Counted from the stretch's first letter, positions 19,405 through 30,112 are shown. The stretch: DNA of 64,000 nt from Comamonadaceae bacterium (GCA_947459405.1 CANHDQ010000001.1:5331-69330); one strand, 5' to 3'. Notes: a model not told the origin generated them from the sequence alone. A program made the numbers and translations.

Positions 19405-22127
19405 CAGAGCACCACGTTGACCAGGCGCCCGGGCACCACGATCACTTTCTTGGGTGTCGCGCCTTGGGCTTGTTTCTGGAAGGCTTCGCTGGACAAAGCC
19501 GCTTGCTCGATGCCCTGCTTGCTGGCATTGGCAGGCACCAAGATGGACCCACGCAATTTGCCGTTGACTTGCAGCATGAGTTCGATCTCGTCGCGCAGCA
19601 AGGCGCTCTCGTCCACGCCAGGCCATGCGGCGTCAAGCAAGTCGCCAGTGCGAGCGGCATAGCCCAGCTCCCCCCACAAATGGGCGCTGATGTGGGGACA
19701 CGCGGGGTAGAGCGTGCGCAACAACACCGACACCCCTTCGCACAGCACCGCCTGGTCGCCTGGGCTGCCATCGGTTTTGAAGTCTTCCAGCGCATTGAGC
19801 AGCTTCATGCAGCCCGACACCACGGTGTTGTATTGCATCCGCTCGTAGTCGTAGCTGACTTGCTTGAGCGTCAGGTGCACTTCGCGGCGCAGATCGGCCG
19901 CTTGCTTGCGGCAAGCCGCTTGGCTGAGGTCACCTGCGGTGGCCGCCTTGAGGACGCTTTCGTGCTTGACTGCGAAGTTCCACACGCGGCGGAGAAACCG
20001 GTAGCTGCCTTCCACCGCCGCGTCGTTCCACTCCAGCGTGGCCTCGGGCGGGGCCGTGAACATGGTGTACAGGCGCGCGGTGTCGGCGCCGTACTTTTCG
20101 ATCAAGTCTTGCGGATCGACGCCGTTGTTCTTGGACTTGGACATGGTGCCCACGCCTTCGTAGTCGATGGGCGTGCCCACGGGCAATTTGCCGTCACCGC
20201 TGTCGGCCGGGTTCTTCAGGCGCGCACCGACGACCTTGCCACTGGCATCGAGCACATGCTCGACATCGTGCGGCCAGAAATAGTCTTTCCCGCCCTTGGC
20301 GGTGCGGCGCGAGTAGATGTGGTTGAGCACCATGCCCTGGGTGAGCAGACGGGTGAAGGGCTCGTCGACCTTGACCAGGCCCAGATCGCGCATGACCTTG
20401 GTCCAAAAGCGCGCGTACAGCAGGTGCAAGATGGCGTGCTCGATGCCGCCGATGTACTGGTCCATGCCGCTTCCGCCAGATGCGGCGCTCTGATCGCGCA
20501 TCCAGTAGTCGGTGCCGCCGGCGACCATGGCCTCAGCGTTGGTCGGGTCGCAGTAGCGCATGAAATACCAGGACGAATCGACAAAGGTGTCCATGGTGTC
20601 GGTCTCGCGCCGCGCCGGTTTGCCGCAAGTGGGGCAGACCACGCCTTTGTGAAAACCTTCGTGCTTGTGCAACGGGTTGCCCGAGCCATCGGGAATGCAG
20701 TCTTGCGGCAGCACCACCGGCAGGTCTTTTTCGGGCACGGGCACTGCGCCGTGCTCGTCGCAATGGATGATGGGGATGGGCGTGCCCCAGTAGCGCTGGC
20801 GGCTCACGCCCCAATCACGCAAACGCCAGGTGATTTTCTTCTCGCCCAGACCTTTGGCCGCCAACAGTTGGGCCACTTGGTTGACCGCGTCTTTAAAACG
20901 CAGGCCATTGAGCACGCCCGAATTGACGCACACGCCCTCTTTGGTCGCATACCACTCTTGCCAAGCGGTGTCGCTAAAGCTCTGGTCGCTCAGGGCCACC
21001 ACCTGCTTGATCGGCAACTGGTACTTCAGGGCAAACGCAAAGTCGCGCTCATCGTGTGCCGGCACGCCCATCACGGCGCCGTCGCCATAGCCCATGAGGA
21101 CATAGTTGCCCACCCACACTGCCACCTGCTCCCCCGTCAGCGGATGCGTGACAAACAGACCCGTGGGCATGCCCACCTTGTCTTTGACGGCCAATTCGGC
21201 CTCAGTGGTTCCGCCAGCCTTGCACTCTTGCAAAAAGGCCGCCATCTTCGGGTCGCCCGCGGCCGCATGCAGCGCCAGGGGGTGCTCGGGCGCGACCGCG
21301 CAAAAGGTCACGCCCATGAGCGTGTCAGCGCGGGTGGTAAACACATACATGCGCCCGCCCTCAATGAGCTGGCCGGCCGCATCTCGGATGTCGTGGGTAA
21401 ATGCAAAGCGCACGCCCTCGCTCTTGCCGATCCAGTTTTCCTGCATCAGCCGCACCTTGTCGGGCCAGCCGTTCAAGCTGGCCTTGGGGTTGCCCACCTG
21501 AACATGGTCGAGCAGCTCCTGCGCGTAGTCGGTGATCTTGAGGTAGTAGCCGGGGATTTCGCGTTTTTCCACCACCGCACCGGTGCGCCAGCCTTTGCCG
21601 TCAATCACCTGCTCGTTGGCCAGCACGGTCTGGTCGACCGGGTCCCAGTTGACCACCTGGGTCTTGCGGTAGGCGATGCCTTTTTCCAGCATCTTCAAAA
21701 ACAGCCACTGGTTCCACTTGTAGTAGCTGGCATCGCAGGTGGCCACCTCACGCGACCAATCGATGGCCAGGCCCATGGCCTGCATCTGGCGCTTCATGTA
21801 GGCGATGTTCTCGTAGGTCCACTTGGCCGGCGGCACGCCGTTTTTCAAGGCCGCGTTTTCGGCCGGCAGGCCAAACGCATCCCAGCCCATGGGCATCAAG
21901 ACGTTGTAGCCCTTCATGCGCAGGTGGCGCGTGAGCATGTCGTTGATGGTGTAGTTGCGCACATGGCCCATGTGCAGTTTGCCGCTGGGATAGGGCAGCA
22001 TGGAGCAGGCGTAGTACTTGCCCAGCGGCTTGCTGCTTTGCTCGGTGACGCGGTAAGCGTCTTGCGCGCGCCAGGCGGCCTGGGCGGCGCCCTCGGTTTT
22101 TTGGGGGTCGTAGGTGGGGTCTAGCAT
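19404..22127 (-). CDS. leuS: Leucine--tRNA ligase
   Basis: [24 protein letters not shown], editing-domain [14 protein letters not shown]. Confidence 0.98.
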   Translation of the reverse strand: MLDPTYDPQKTEGAAQAAWRAQDAYRVTEQSSKPLGKYYACSMLPYPSGKLHMGHVRNYTINDMLTRHLRMKGYNVLMPMGWDAFGLPAENAALKNGVPPAKWTYENIAYMKRQMQAMGLAIDWSREVATCDASYYKWNQWLFLKMLEKGIAYRKTQVVNWDPVDQTVLANEQVIDGKGWRTGAVVEKREIPGYYLKITDYAQELLDHVQVGNPKASLNGWPDKVRLMQENWIGKSEGVRFAFTHDIRDAAGQLIEGGRMYVFTTRADTLMGVTFCAVAPEHPLALHAAAGDPKMAAFLQECKAGGTTEAELAVKDKVGMPTGLFVTHPLTGEQVAVWVGNYVLMGYGDGAVMGVPAHDERDFAFALKYQLPIKQVVALSDQSFSDTAWQEWYATKEGVCVNSGVLNGLRFKDAVNQVAQLLAAKGLGEKKITWRLRDWGVSRQRYWGTPIPIIHCDEHGAVPVPEKDLPVVLPQDCIPDGSGNPLHKHEGFHKGVVCPTCGKPARRETDTMDTFVDSSWYFMRYCDPTNAEAMVAGGTDYWMRDQSAASGGSGMDQYIGGIEHAILHLLYARFWTKVMRDLGLVKVDEPFTRLLTQGMVLNHIYSRRTAKGGKDYFWPHDVEHVLDASGKVVGARLKNPADSGDGKLPVGTPIDYEGVGTMSKSKNNGVDPQDLIEKYGADTARLYTMFTAPPEATLEWNDAAVEGSYRFLRRVWNFAVKHESVLKAATAGDLSQAACRKQAADLRREVHLTLKQVSYDYERMQYNTVVSGCMKLLNALEDFKTDGSPGDQAVLCEGVSVLLRTLYPACPHISAHLWGELGYAARTGDLLDAAWPGVDESALLRDEIELMLQVNGKLRGSILVPANASKQGIEQAALSSEAFQKQAQGATPKKVIVVPGRLVNVVL

Positions 22128-22251
22128 GGGGTCAAGGGCGGCGGGTTCGCTTGCGCACAAAAAGTCTGCTCATGCCCATCCAGGGGCGGCGCTGGCCGCG
22201 ATTTTAGGTGCCACACCCGCACGGGCTCGGACCCGCACTGGGCCAGGGACG

Positions 22252-22686
22252 TCAAGGCGGGCGCCCGGAGCCGGTCGACTCGGCCACGAAGCCCACACGC
22301 GCCACGCCGGCCTGGTTGGCAACCGCCAGAAGCTGCACCACCCGACCGTAGGGCGCCTGGCGGTCGGCGTGCAGCTGCAGCTCGGCATCGGGGCGCTGCG
22401 CCGCCACCTCGCGCAAGCGCTGGCTCAGTTGCGCGTCGGTCACCGCCAGACCATTGAGCAGCAGTTGTCCGTCTCGACCGAGCTCGAGCACCAGGCTCGG
22501 CGCCGCACTGGGCGGCGCGGCGCTGACGGGCGCACGCGGCAAATCGAGCTTGAGTGAGCCGCTGAAAAAAGGTGCGGTGACCATGAAAATGACCAGCAGC
22601 ACCAGCATCACGTCGACCAGGGGCGTGACGTTGATCTGGCTCATCGGCTCAGGCGCAGGCCGGGCCTGGAGTCGGCCAAAGCTCAT
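22252..22686 (-). CDS. exbD: Biopolymer transporter ExbD/TolR
   Basis: INVTPLVDVMLVLLVIFMVTAP. Confidence 0.9.
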   Translation of the reverse strand: MSFGRLQARPAPEPMSQINVTPLVDVMLVLLVIFMVTAPFFSGSLKLDLPRAPVSAAPPSAAPSLVLELGRDGQLLLNGLAVTDAQLSQRLREVAAQRPDAELQLHADRQAPYGRVVQLLAVANQAGVARVGFVAESTGSGRPP

Positions 22687-23327
22687 ACGCCAGCCTTGGG
22701 CGCGACCAGCAGCTCGCGCAGGTCGTGGGCAAAGCCTTCGAGTTCGGCCTCGAGCTGGCCGATGCGCCGGCCCATGACGTTGTAGGCCAGCACCGCCGGC
22801 AAGGCCACCGCCAGGCCGGCGGCCGTCATGATCAGGGCCTCCCCGATCGGGCCGGTGATCTGGTCGATGGCGACCTGCCCGGAGGCGGCCATGCCGGTGA
22901 GCGCCAAGTAAATACCCCAGACGGTGCCGAGCAAACCGACGAAGGGCGCCGTGGCGCCGACCGTGGCCAGCAGGATCTGACCATACTGCAGGCGGTGACC
23001 GAGTTGCTGCAGCCCATCGCGCAGCACCCGCGTGAGCTGCGCGCGCTCGTCACCGGCCCCTGCCAGGGTGGCCGCCGGCCGCTGCTGCACCGCCTGCAGC
23101 AAGGGCATGAGCACCCCCTGGGTATCGAGCGCCTGGACGCGCTGCTCGGCCTGCGCCCAGCCCGGCGCCTGCCAGAAAGCGGCAACGCAGCGCGACAGGC
23201 TGCGGCCCAGGCGCAAGAGCATCGCGCCCTTCCAGACGATCACGACCCAGCTGGCAACAGACATGACCAAGAGCACCCAGGCCACTAGGCGGCTGATGGC
23301 GTCCCCCTCGGCGAGCAGCGGCATCAT
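22683..23327 (-). CDS. exbB: MotA/TolQ/ExbB proton channel protein
   Basis: APFVGLLGTVWGI, GEALIMTAAGLAVALPA. Confidence 0.9.
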   Translation of the reverse strand: MMPLLAEGDAISRLVAWVLLVMSVASWVVIVWKGAMLLRLGRSLSRCVAAFWQAPGWAQAEQRVQALDTQGVLMPLLQAVQQRPAATLAGAGDERAQLTRVLRDGLQQLGHRLQYGQILLATVGATAPFVGLLGTVWGIYLALTGMAASGQVAIDQITGPIGEALIMTAAGLAVALPAVLAYNVMGRRIGQLEAELEGFAHDLRELLVAPKAGV

Positions 23328-23335
23328 GGGGCGGC

Positions 23336-24160
23336 CTACCTGAGCCCGAGCACGTCAAACATGTCGAACAGGCCGCGGCGATGTCCGGCCAGAAAGCGCG
23401 CTGCGCGCAGGCTGCCCTGGGCGTAGGTGGCCCGGCTGGCCGATTTGTGCGTGACCTCGATGCGCTCGCCGGTGCCCGCAAAGAGCACGGTGTGATCGCC
23501 CACGATATCGCCTCCGCGGATGGTCGAAAAACCGATGGTCGACGGGTCGCGCTCGCCGGTATGGCCGTAGCGCTCGTAGACCGCGCAGTCCTTGAGGTCG
23601 CGGCCGATGGCCGCGGCGATCACTTCGCCCATCTTGAGCGCCGTGCCCGAGGGTGCATCGACCTTGTGGCGGTGATGCGCCTCGATGATCTCGATGTCGT
23701 AACCGCTCGACAGGGCTTTGGCAGCCATCTCGAGCAGCTTGAGCGTGACGTTGACGCCCACGCTCATATTGGGCGCCATCACGATGGCGATGTCGTCAGC
23801 GGCAGCGGCGATCTGCTGCTTCTGGGCGTCGGAAAAGCCCGTGGTGCCAATCACCAGGTTGAGCCCCAGGCGGCGGCAGACCTCCAGATGGGCCATGGTG
23901 CCTTCGGGACGGGTGAAGTCGATCAGACAATGCCCGCCGTCCAGGCCCTGGTGCAAATCGCTGGTGATGCGCACGCCGCAGGAGCGGCCCAGGCCGGCAG
24001 CCGCATCCTGGCCGAGTTGGGCGCTGCCGGCGATAGCGAGCGCGCCGCTCAATTGCAGGTCGCCGGCGTCGAGCACCGCCTGCACCAGCATCTGGCCCAT
24101 GCGCCCACTGGCGCCGGCCACCGCCACCTTCAAGGCTTTGACTGCGGGGGCGGCGCTCAC
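23336..24160 (-). CDS. dapB: 4-hydroxy-tetrahydrodipicolinate reductase
   Basis: [27 protein letters not shown]. Confidence 0.97.
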   Translation of the reverse strand: MSAAPAVKALKVAVAGASGRMGQMLVQAVLDAGDLQLSGALAIAGSAQLGQDAAAGLGRSCGVRITSDLHQGLDGGHCLIDFTRPEGTMAHLEVCRRLGLNLVIGTTGFSDAQKQQIAAAADDIAIVMAPNMSVGVNVTLKLLEMAAKALSSGYDIEIIEAHHRHKVDAPSGTALKMGEVIAAAIGRDLKDCAVYERYGHTGERDPSTIGFSTIRGGDIVGDHTVLFAGTGERIEVTHKSASRATYAQGSLRAARFLAGHRRGLFDMFDVLGLR

Positions 24161-24714
24161 GGGCGAGGCCCCTCCAGTGGAGGGTAGGCCGCTGCGGGAG
24201 GCAGGGGCGCCGGCGGCGGCGCTACCGTGCTGGCGGTGGCCGGCGCCGCGCCCTGGGCCGCCTTGAGCTGCTCGGGGGTGGCCTGCAGAGGCGGCACCAC
24301 ACCGAGCTTGCGCCGCACATCGAGCTGGGCGATGAACTCGGCCTCGCTGGGCATGGCATCGCCCTCAAAGCGCTGCAGCGCATCGCCCTTGAAGAAGACG
24401 GTGTAGCGGTACATGCGGGGCTCGCCGGTGCCGCGTTTGATGCTAAACACATAGTCCCAGCGATCGCCATGGAACAGGCTGGAGACCAAGGGCGTGCCCA
24501 GCAGATTGCGCACCTGCAGCCGCGACAGGCCCGGCGTGAGTTGAGCGACCTGCTCACTGGAGATGAAGTTACCCTGCTGGACATCGCTGCGATACGGCGT
24601 CAGCCACTGGGTGGGCTGGACCAGCGACCGGGGCACGGAGCTGCAGGCTCCAAGGCCAAGCGACAGGGCCGCCAAGGCGCAGACAAGCAAAGGGGTGCGG
24701 GTACTGGCGGGCAT
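24157..24714 (-). CDS. bamE: Outer membrane protein assembly factor BamE
   Basis: Lipobox LGAC, QQGN, LGTP, RWDY; divergent from fur. Confidence 0.93.
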   Translation of the reverse strand: MPASTRTPLLVCALAALSLGLGACSSVPRSLVQPTQWLTPYRSDVQQGNFISSEQVAQLTPGLSRLQVRNLLGTPLVSSLFHGDRWDYVFSIKRGTGEPRMYRYTVFFKGDALQRFEGDAMPSEAEFIAQLDVRRKLGVVPPLQATPEQLKAAQGAAPATASTVAPPPAPLPPAAAYPPLEGPRP

Positions 24715-24731
24715 GAAAACACCAGGGCGAA

Positions 24732-24749
24732 TATGATCGAATCATTGTA
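24732..24749. promoter_or_regulatory. Overlapping divergent -10 elements for fur (+) and bamE (-)
   Basis: TATGAT 24732-24737 (+) and TACAAT 24744-24749 (-) flanking an ATGAT-cga-ATCAT inverted repeat. Confidence 0.45.
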
Positions 24750-24837
24750 GCGGCAGCGCTTTTCATGCGCCCACCGCCGCCGCTGATACGCCGACCGATA
24801 CGCCGCCACAGCAGCGCCCGTCAAGCCAAGTGAACCC

Positions 24838-25299
24838 ATGAACAACGTCAACGAGCTCAAAAGCACCGGTCTGAAAGCGACGCTGCCGCGGCTGAAGATC
24901 CTGGAGATCTTTCAGAAAGGGCGCCAGCGCCACATGACGGCCGAGGACGTGTTTCGGGTGCTGCTAGAGGAGCGCTCGGACATCGGCCTGGCCACGGTTT
25001 ACCGGGTGCTCACGCAGTTCGAACAGGCCGGCTTGCTCAACCGCAGCAATTTCGAGTCGGGCAAGGCGGTCTACGAGATCAACGAGGGGCAGCATCACGA
25101 CCATCTCGTGTGCCTCGATTGCGGGCGGGTCGAGGAGTTTTACGACGCCGAGATCGAAAAGCGCCAGCAGGCGGTGGCCCATGCCAAGGGCTTTGAAATC
25201 ACCGACCACTCGCTGGCCATCTATGCCAGCTGCACCAAAGCGCAGTGTCCCCACCGCAGCGCAGCGCCGCGCGCCGAGGGCCGCGGCGACAAGGCCTGA
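24838..25299 (+). CDS. fur: Ferric uptake regulator
   Basis: GLKATLPRLKIL, GLATVYRVLTQFE, HHDHLVCLDCG. Confidence 0.97.
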   Translation: MNNVNELKSTGLKATLPRLKILEIFQKGRQRHMTAEDVFRVLLEERSDIGLATVYRVLTQFEQAGLLNRSNFESGKAVYEINEGQHHDHLVCLDCGRVEEFYDAEIEKRQQAVAHAKGFEITDHSLAIYASCTKAQCPHRSAAPRAEGRGDKA

Positions 25300-25315
25300 G
25301 GGGCGCAAGCCCGAT

Positions 25316-26266
25316 TCAGTCGCCCTGCTCCATTGCGCGGCGATGGCGCTCGACAAATTCCTCGTAGGTGTTGATGCCGCGCAGTTGCAAGATGGCGTTG
25401 CGCACCGCCGCCTCGACCAGCACCGCGATATTGCGCCCGGCCTCGACCTGGATGACCACCTTGCGCACGCCGATACCCAGGATGTTTTGCTCCAGGGGCT
25501 CGTAAGGGATACGGTCGTAATCGCGCTCGAGCGTCTCGCGGCGCACCAGATGCACGATGAGCTTGAGCCGCATCTTGCGGCGCACCGCGGTCTCCCCAAA
25601 AATCGCCTTGATATCGAGCAGGCCGATGCCACGCACCTCGAGCAAGTTGCGCAGCAGATCAGGGCAGCGCCCTTCGATCGTGGTTTGGTTGATGCGGTAC
25701 AGATCGACCGCATCGTCGGCCACCAGGCCATGGCCGCGCGAAATCAGCTCAAGCCCGAGCTCGCTCTTGCCCAGGCCGGACTCGCCGGTGATCAGCACAC
25801 CCAGGCCCAAAATGTCGAGAAAGACGCCGTGCATCGAAGTGCGGTCGGCGAAGTGCTTGGACAAGTAGGCGCGCAGCACATCGATGACAAAGGCAGCCGA
25901 CTCGGGCGTGGCGAACATCGGCAAATTGCCGCGTTCGCACATCGCAATGAGCATGTCGGGGGCGACCTGCCCGTCGGCGATCACCAGCACCGGGGGCTCG
26001 AGCGTGATGATGCGGTTGATGCGCCGGCTGCAGTCTTCGACACTGCCCTGGCTCAGGTAGGCCACCTCACGCTCGCCCAGAATCTGGACCCGATAGGGAT
26101 GGATGTAGTTGAGGTAGCCCACCAGATCGGCACCTGAGCGCGCAGCGCGCACGGCAACCTCGTCAAACCGCCGCTCCGAGGCCTGCAGCCCGGCCAGCCA
26201 CTGCCATTTGAGCGACTGCCGGTGGTCCTCAAACAGGACGTCGGCGCTGACACCGGTGGGTTTCAT
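25316..26266 (-). CDS. hprK: HPr kinase/phosphorylase
   Basis: GESGLGKSE Walker A, LVADD, LEVRGIG, GRNIA. Confidence 0.97.
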   Translation of the reverse strand: MKPTGVSADVLFEDHRQSLKWQWLAGLQASERRFDEVAVRAARSGADLVGYLNYIHPYRVQILGEREVAYLSQGSVEDCSRRINRIITLEPPVLVIADGQVAPDMLIAMCERGNLPMFATPESAAFVIDVLRAYLSKHFADRTSMHGVFLDILGLGVLITGESGLGKSELGLELISRGHGLVADDAVDLYRINQTTIEGRCPDLLRNLLEVRGIGLLDIKAIFGETAVRRKMRLKLIVHLVRRETLERDYDRIPYEPLEQNILGIGVRKVVIQVEAGRNIAVLVEAAVRNAILQLRGINTYEEFVERHRRAMEQGD

Positions 26267-26284
26267 GCGGGCGCGCCCGGGCTC

Positions 26285-26755
26285 TCAGTGGGCCGCGTGT
26301 GCCGACTGCCAGCGCGCCAGCATGGCGTGCAGCTCGCCGGCACTGGGGCAGGACATGATTTGCTCGCGCAAGGCCGAATCGCTGAGCAGCTCGGCAATTT
26401 CGGAAAGAATTTCCAGGTGTTTCTGGGTGGCCGCCTCGGGCACCAGCAGAAAGATCAACAGCGCCACGGCCTGCTCGTCAGGCGCATCAAAGCCGATCGG
26501 CGCACCGAGCCGAAAGACCGCGGCCATCGGCGCCTTGAGCCCCTTGATGCGGCCGTGTGGAATCGCCACGCCATGGCCTAGGCCGGTCGAACCCAGCCGC
26601 TCACGCGCAAACAGGCTGTCGGTCACCAGTGCGCGGTTCAGGCCGTGCTGGTTCTCAAACAGCAAACCCGCCTCCTCAAAGGCGCGCTTTTTGCTCGTTG
26701 CCTCCACGCCAACGAGCACCTGGCTGGGGGGCAAGATCTGGGACAGGCGGTTCAT
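26285..26755 (-). CDS. ptsN: PTS IIA-Ntr nitrogen regulatory protein
   Basis: RERLGSTGLGHGVAIPHGR. Confidence 0.95.
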   Translation of the reverse strand: MNRLSQILPPSQVLVGVEATSKKRAFEEAGLLFENQHGLNRALVTDSLFARERLGSTGLGHGVAIPHGRIKGLKAPMAAVFRLGAPIGFDAPDEQAVALLIFLLVPEAATQKHLEILSEIAELLSDSALREQIMSCPSAGELHAMLARWQSAHAAH

Positions 26756-26860
26756 GGCAGTTGAGCCGCATTATGCACACCAGCACAGCCCCGCCAGCGC
26801 GTGAGCTGCGAAAAAAGCGCGGCCTGGCGCGGCCGAGCAACAACAGCCCGGCCGGCCGCC

Positions 26861-27211
26861 TCAGGCGTTGAGCACCGAACCGTCGACCTGCCGCTTGACA
26901 GCAGCATGGTGATGGTCCTGTATTCGGGTTTTGTGACGAGCCACCTGCCGATCGAGTTTGTCGGCGAGCTCATCGACGGCCGCATAAAGGTCGGCATGGG
27001 AGCTTTCAGCGAACAGATCGCGGCCCTTGACGTGAACGCTGCATTCGGCCCGCTGGCGACGCTCCTTTTCCTTCATGTTGTCCACGGTCAGGAGCACGCG
27101 GATGTCGACCACCTGATCAAAATGCCGCGCGATGCGGTCGAGTTTGCTGGTCACATAGCCGCGCAGGGCGGGTGTGACTTCGAGGTGGTGACCACTGATC
27201 GTCAGGTTCAT
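26861..27211 (-). CDS. hpf: Ribosome hibernation promoting factor (HPF/RaiA)
   Basis: [24 protein letters not shown]. Confidence 0.95.
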   Translation of the reverse strand: MNLTISGHHLEVTPALRGYVTSKLDRIARHFDQVVDIRVLLTVDNMKEKERRQRAECSVHVKGRDLFAESSHADLYAAVDELADKLDRQVARHKTRIQDHHHAAVKRQVDGSVLNA

Positions 27212-27417
27212 GAAGAGCTCCTAGTCGTGGGGGCGGACACAAAAGCCGACGGGGCCCAAACCCAAGAGTCGGCGAAGCACTCTTGCAGCCATCATGCGCC
27301 GCCGGCCACCAATTGGCAAGTGCGGCCGGAAAACAAGTGGGATTTGCCCTTAAATGCTGTTCAGAACGCGGGGGGCGGTGCCATAATGCGCGCTGTCGCC
27401 CCACTCGGAGACCGTCC

Positions 27418-27441
27418 ATGGAAAGCAGCCCCAGTCGCTAG
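27418..27441 (+). other. Candidate leader peptide MESSPSR in the corA 5' UTR
   Basis: GGAGA SD at 27407-27411, ATG 27418, TAG 27439-27441; extended -10 TGcCATAAT at 27379-27387. Confidence 0.5.
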
Positions 27442-27574
27442 CTTTCAGCCTCGCAGCCTCTCTGGCTGGCTCAAGCGGGGTTGGAAGCGACCACCCTCAC
27501 CCCGCCCGGTTTTGCGCTGGCCTTGCCAGGCCGACAAGCCGCCCTGATCCACAAGATCCCGCAGGGAGCCCGCC

Positions 27575-28561
27575 ATGCTCAACATTTTCACGCTCGCCAA
27601 CGGACGGCTGTTCCAGGAAGAAATCGAATCGCTGGAAGAGCTTTCGCGCTTTGAGCCGATCTGGGTCGACCTGGAGTCGCCCACCCGCGAAGAAAAGCAC
27701 TGGGTCAAGCAGCACTTTGGCCTGTCCATCCCGGAAGATGCGATGGACGAGGACATTGAGGAGTCGGCCCGCTTTTATGAAGAAGACAGCGGCGAGCTGC
27801 ACATCCGCTCGGACTTCCTGATTGCCGACGCGGAAGAGCCGCACACCGTGCGGGTGGCCTTCATTTTGAATATGCACACCGGCGAGCACAAAAGCCGAGG
27901 CGTGCTGTTTTCCGTCCACGACGAAGACGTGCCGGTGTTTCGCCTGGTGCGCATGCGCGCACGCCGGGCGGTCGGCCTGATCGACGACGCCAAAGACGTG
28001 CTGCTCAAACTCTTCGATGCCGACGCCGAGTATTCAGCCGACACCATCGAAGGCATCTATATCGACCTGGAAAAGGTCAGCACCAAGGTGCTGTCTGGCA
28101 ACGTGACCGACGAACTGGCCGGCGAGGTGCTCGGTGCGATTGCGCGCCACGAGGACCTGTCTGGACGCATTCGACGCAACATGATGGATACGCGTCGCGC
28201 CCTGAGCTTCATGATGCGCAGCAAGATGCTGCACGCCGAGCAGTTCGAGGACGCGCGGCAAATCCTGCGCGACATCGACTCGCTGGACTCGCACACGGCC
28301 TTCCTGTTTGAGAAGATCAACTTCCTGATGGACGCCACGGTCGGCTTCATCAACATCAACCAAAACAAGATCATCAAGATCTTCTCGGTGGCCAGCGTGG
28401 CGCTGCTGCCGCCCACCCTGATCGCGAGCCTTTACGGCATGAACTTCCGCTTCATGCCCGAGCTGCAGTGGGAGCTGGGCTATCCCTATGCGCTGGCGCT
28501 CATGCTGGCCAGCGCCCTGGTGCCGATGTGGTACTTCCGCCGGCGCGGCTGGCTCAAGTAA
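27575..28561 (+). CDS. corA: Magnesium/cobalt transporter CorA
   Basis: SARF, two C-terminal TMs with YGMNF and MPEL. Confidence 0.96.
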   Translation: MLNIFTLANGRLFQEEIESLEELSRFEPIWVDLESPTREEKHWVKQHFGLSIPEDAMDEDIEESARFYEEDSGELHIRSDFLIADAEEPHTVRVAFILNMHTGEHKSRGVLFSVHDEDVPVFRLVRMRARRAVGLIDDAKDVLLKLFDADAEYSADTIEGIYIDLEKVSTKVLSGNVTDELAGEVLGAIARHEDLSGRIRRNMMDTRRALSFMMRSKMLHAEQFEDARQILRDIDSLDSHTAFLFEKINFLMDATVGFININQNKIIKIFSVASVALLPPTLIASLYGMNFRFMPELQWELGYPYALALMLASALVPMWYFRRRGWLK

Positions 28562-28603
28562 GCCGGCAGCCCCCAGCAAAGGCCCCGCGAGGGCCAGCGA
28601 TCC

Positions 28604-29035
28604 TCATTCGGCCAGCGCCAGCCAGCTGCCGCTGGAGGAGGACATCAACAGAGTCAGCAACTTGCGACCAGGCGTGGGCGAAGGCCGCTCGTCGAGCTTG
28701 GGGCGCCTGGCGTCGATCAGACGCGCGCCGGCATGCTCGGCCAGCAAGCCCTCGAGCTGCGCATGCAGCGGATGGGCGGCCAGGCAGGTGAGCACCTCGT
28801 CACCCGTGCTCGCCAAAGCGGGCACGAGCCGGCCAAACAGCTTATCGGCCCACTTGCCACGCCAGTTCTCACGGGCGCTGCGCGTGACCCACTTGCTCAC
28901 ATGGTGCGTCACGCGCGGGGCACACCCCACCAAGATCCAGCGCATCGTCTCGCGCCCGGGCTCAAGCTCGAGCAGCGGTGCGAGCTGCTCCAGGGCGTGA
29001 GGCGCGTCGTCAACATAAACAATCACGGTCTTCAT
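28604..29035 (-). CDS. Conserved hypothetical protein (possible USP-like alpha/beta fold)
   Basis: SD-preceded ATG; VIVYVDD N-terminal strand, WILVGCAPR, Trp-rich helix, DARRPK; co-oriented after terC. Confidence 0.7.
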   Translation of the reverse strand: MKTVIVYVDDAPHALEQLAPLLELEPGRETMRWILVGCAPRVTHHVSKWVTRSARENWRGKWADKLFGRLVPALASTGDEVLTCLAAHPLHAQLEGLLAEHAGARLIDARRPKLDERPSPTPGRKLLTLLMSSSSGSWLALAE

Positions 29036-29103
29036 GGCGGGCTCCGGTGAGGCAGTCAGTCAATATAAACGCCCCTTGGGGCCCAATGGGAAGCGCAAGG
29101 CCT

Positions 29104-29838
29104 TTACGCCGCACCCTGGTCTTGGGTGTCAGCTGGCTTGTCGGCAGCGCGGCGGGTAGCCCACCGGCCGGCAGCCAGCACGCCAATCACAGCCAATGCA
29201 TAGGTGACCAAATGCGCCACCACGTGCGGGGTGTGGCCCTTGGACCAAACGTCCTTGCCACCGAAAAAATCGACCAGCAAAGGCTCACTGACGATCATCT
29301 TGGCGGCGGTAAAAGCCAGCACGGCCGAGCCGGCCTGAATAATAATGGGGAAGCGCTCGACCAGCTTGAGCACGATGGAGCTGCCGAACACCACGATGGG
29401 GATGCTGACCAGCAGGCCGATGACCACCAGACCGAAGTCTCCGTGGGCTGCGCCAGCCACGCCGAGCACGTTGTCTACGCCCATCAAGGCGTCGGCAATG
29501 ACGATGGTCTTCATCGCGCCCCAGAAGGTGCTGGCCACTGGGCCGTCGTGGTCATCGCCGCCCTGATCGGCCAGCAATTTGTAGGCAATCCAGACCAGGC
29601 CCAAGCCGCCGACGAGCATCAGGCCCGGGATCTTGAGCAGCCAGACCACGCCCACCGTCATGACCGAGCGCACGATGATGGCGCCGGCGGTGCCCCAGAT
29701 GATGGCCTTTTTCTGCAGATGCGGGGGCAAGTTGCGGGCGGCCAGCGCGATCACGATGGCGTTGTCGCCAGCGAGCACCAGGTCGATGAGGATGATGGCC
29801 AGCAAGGCCGAAAACCAGGCAGGGGAAAACAGTTCCAC
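29104..29838 (-). CDS. TerC family membrane protein (YjbE/Alx-like, probable Mn homeostasis)
   Basis: IDLVLAGDNAIVIALAA and ADALMGVDNVLGVAG motifs; GTG start with AAGGAG SD. Confidence 0.92.
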   Translation of the reverse strand: MELFSPAWFSALLAIILIDLVLAGDNAIVIALAARNLPPHLQKKAIIWGTAGAIIVRSVMTVGVVWLLKIPGLMLVGGLGLVWIAYKLLADQGGDDHDGPVASTFWGAMKTIVIADALMGVDNVLGVAGAAHGDFGLVVIGLLVSIPIVVFGSSIVLKLVERFPIIIQAGSAVLAFTAAKMIVSEPLLVDFFGGKDVWSKGHTPHVVAHLVTYALAVIGVLAAGRWATRRAADKPADTQDQGAA

Positions 29839-29926
29839 AAAATTCTCCTTGAAGATGTTGTCGTAATGGAGTCAAGCCACTTGCGCCCTCGAAAAGGCGC
29901 GCACCTGAAAGTCGGAGCTTGAGCGT

Positions 29927-29971
29927 AAAAAAGAAACGCCTCGACCGAACCTTGACAGGTTTCAATCGAAG
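29927..29971 (-). terminator. Intrinsic terminator of the riboswitch expression platform
   Basis: cttcgattgaa-acct-gtca-aggt-tcggtcgagg stem followed by cgtttctttttt; 5' arm overlaps the aptamer 3' strand. Confidence 0.75.
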
Positions 29972-30112
29972 GTCTGGCTCGGCGGCCAGTGTCGCTGGCC
30001 TGCCCAACATGCCGGAAGCACAAGACTCCGTAATGACGACATGCTGATCGGTGGGGCCGGCGCCGAAGGCTGTAATAAAAATCAGACCCACCGGGGAGTT
30101 ACTCCCCTTCGC
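29965..30112 (-). ncRNA. yybP-ykoY (Mn2+) riboswitch
   Basis: Minus strand: cgAAGGGGAGTAac ... gTCGTCATTACGG ... ccggc ... gAGCCAGACCTTcg, upstream of a TerC gene. Confidence 0.88.

Noticed and set aside
20130-20150. TMSKS instead of KMSKS, and HMGH instead of HIGH, in LeuS
   Set aside because: Natural variants of class I synthetase motifs; the ORF is intact, so no evidence of inactivation
19314-22124. 936-aa plus-strand ORF opposite leuS; likewise 42723..45569, 45935..47929, 51820..53760, 56654..58642, 61572..63416, 8331..10031
   Set aside because: Antisense shadows of well-supported genes; high GC and codon bias suppress stops and the translations carry no recognisable motifs
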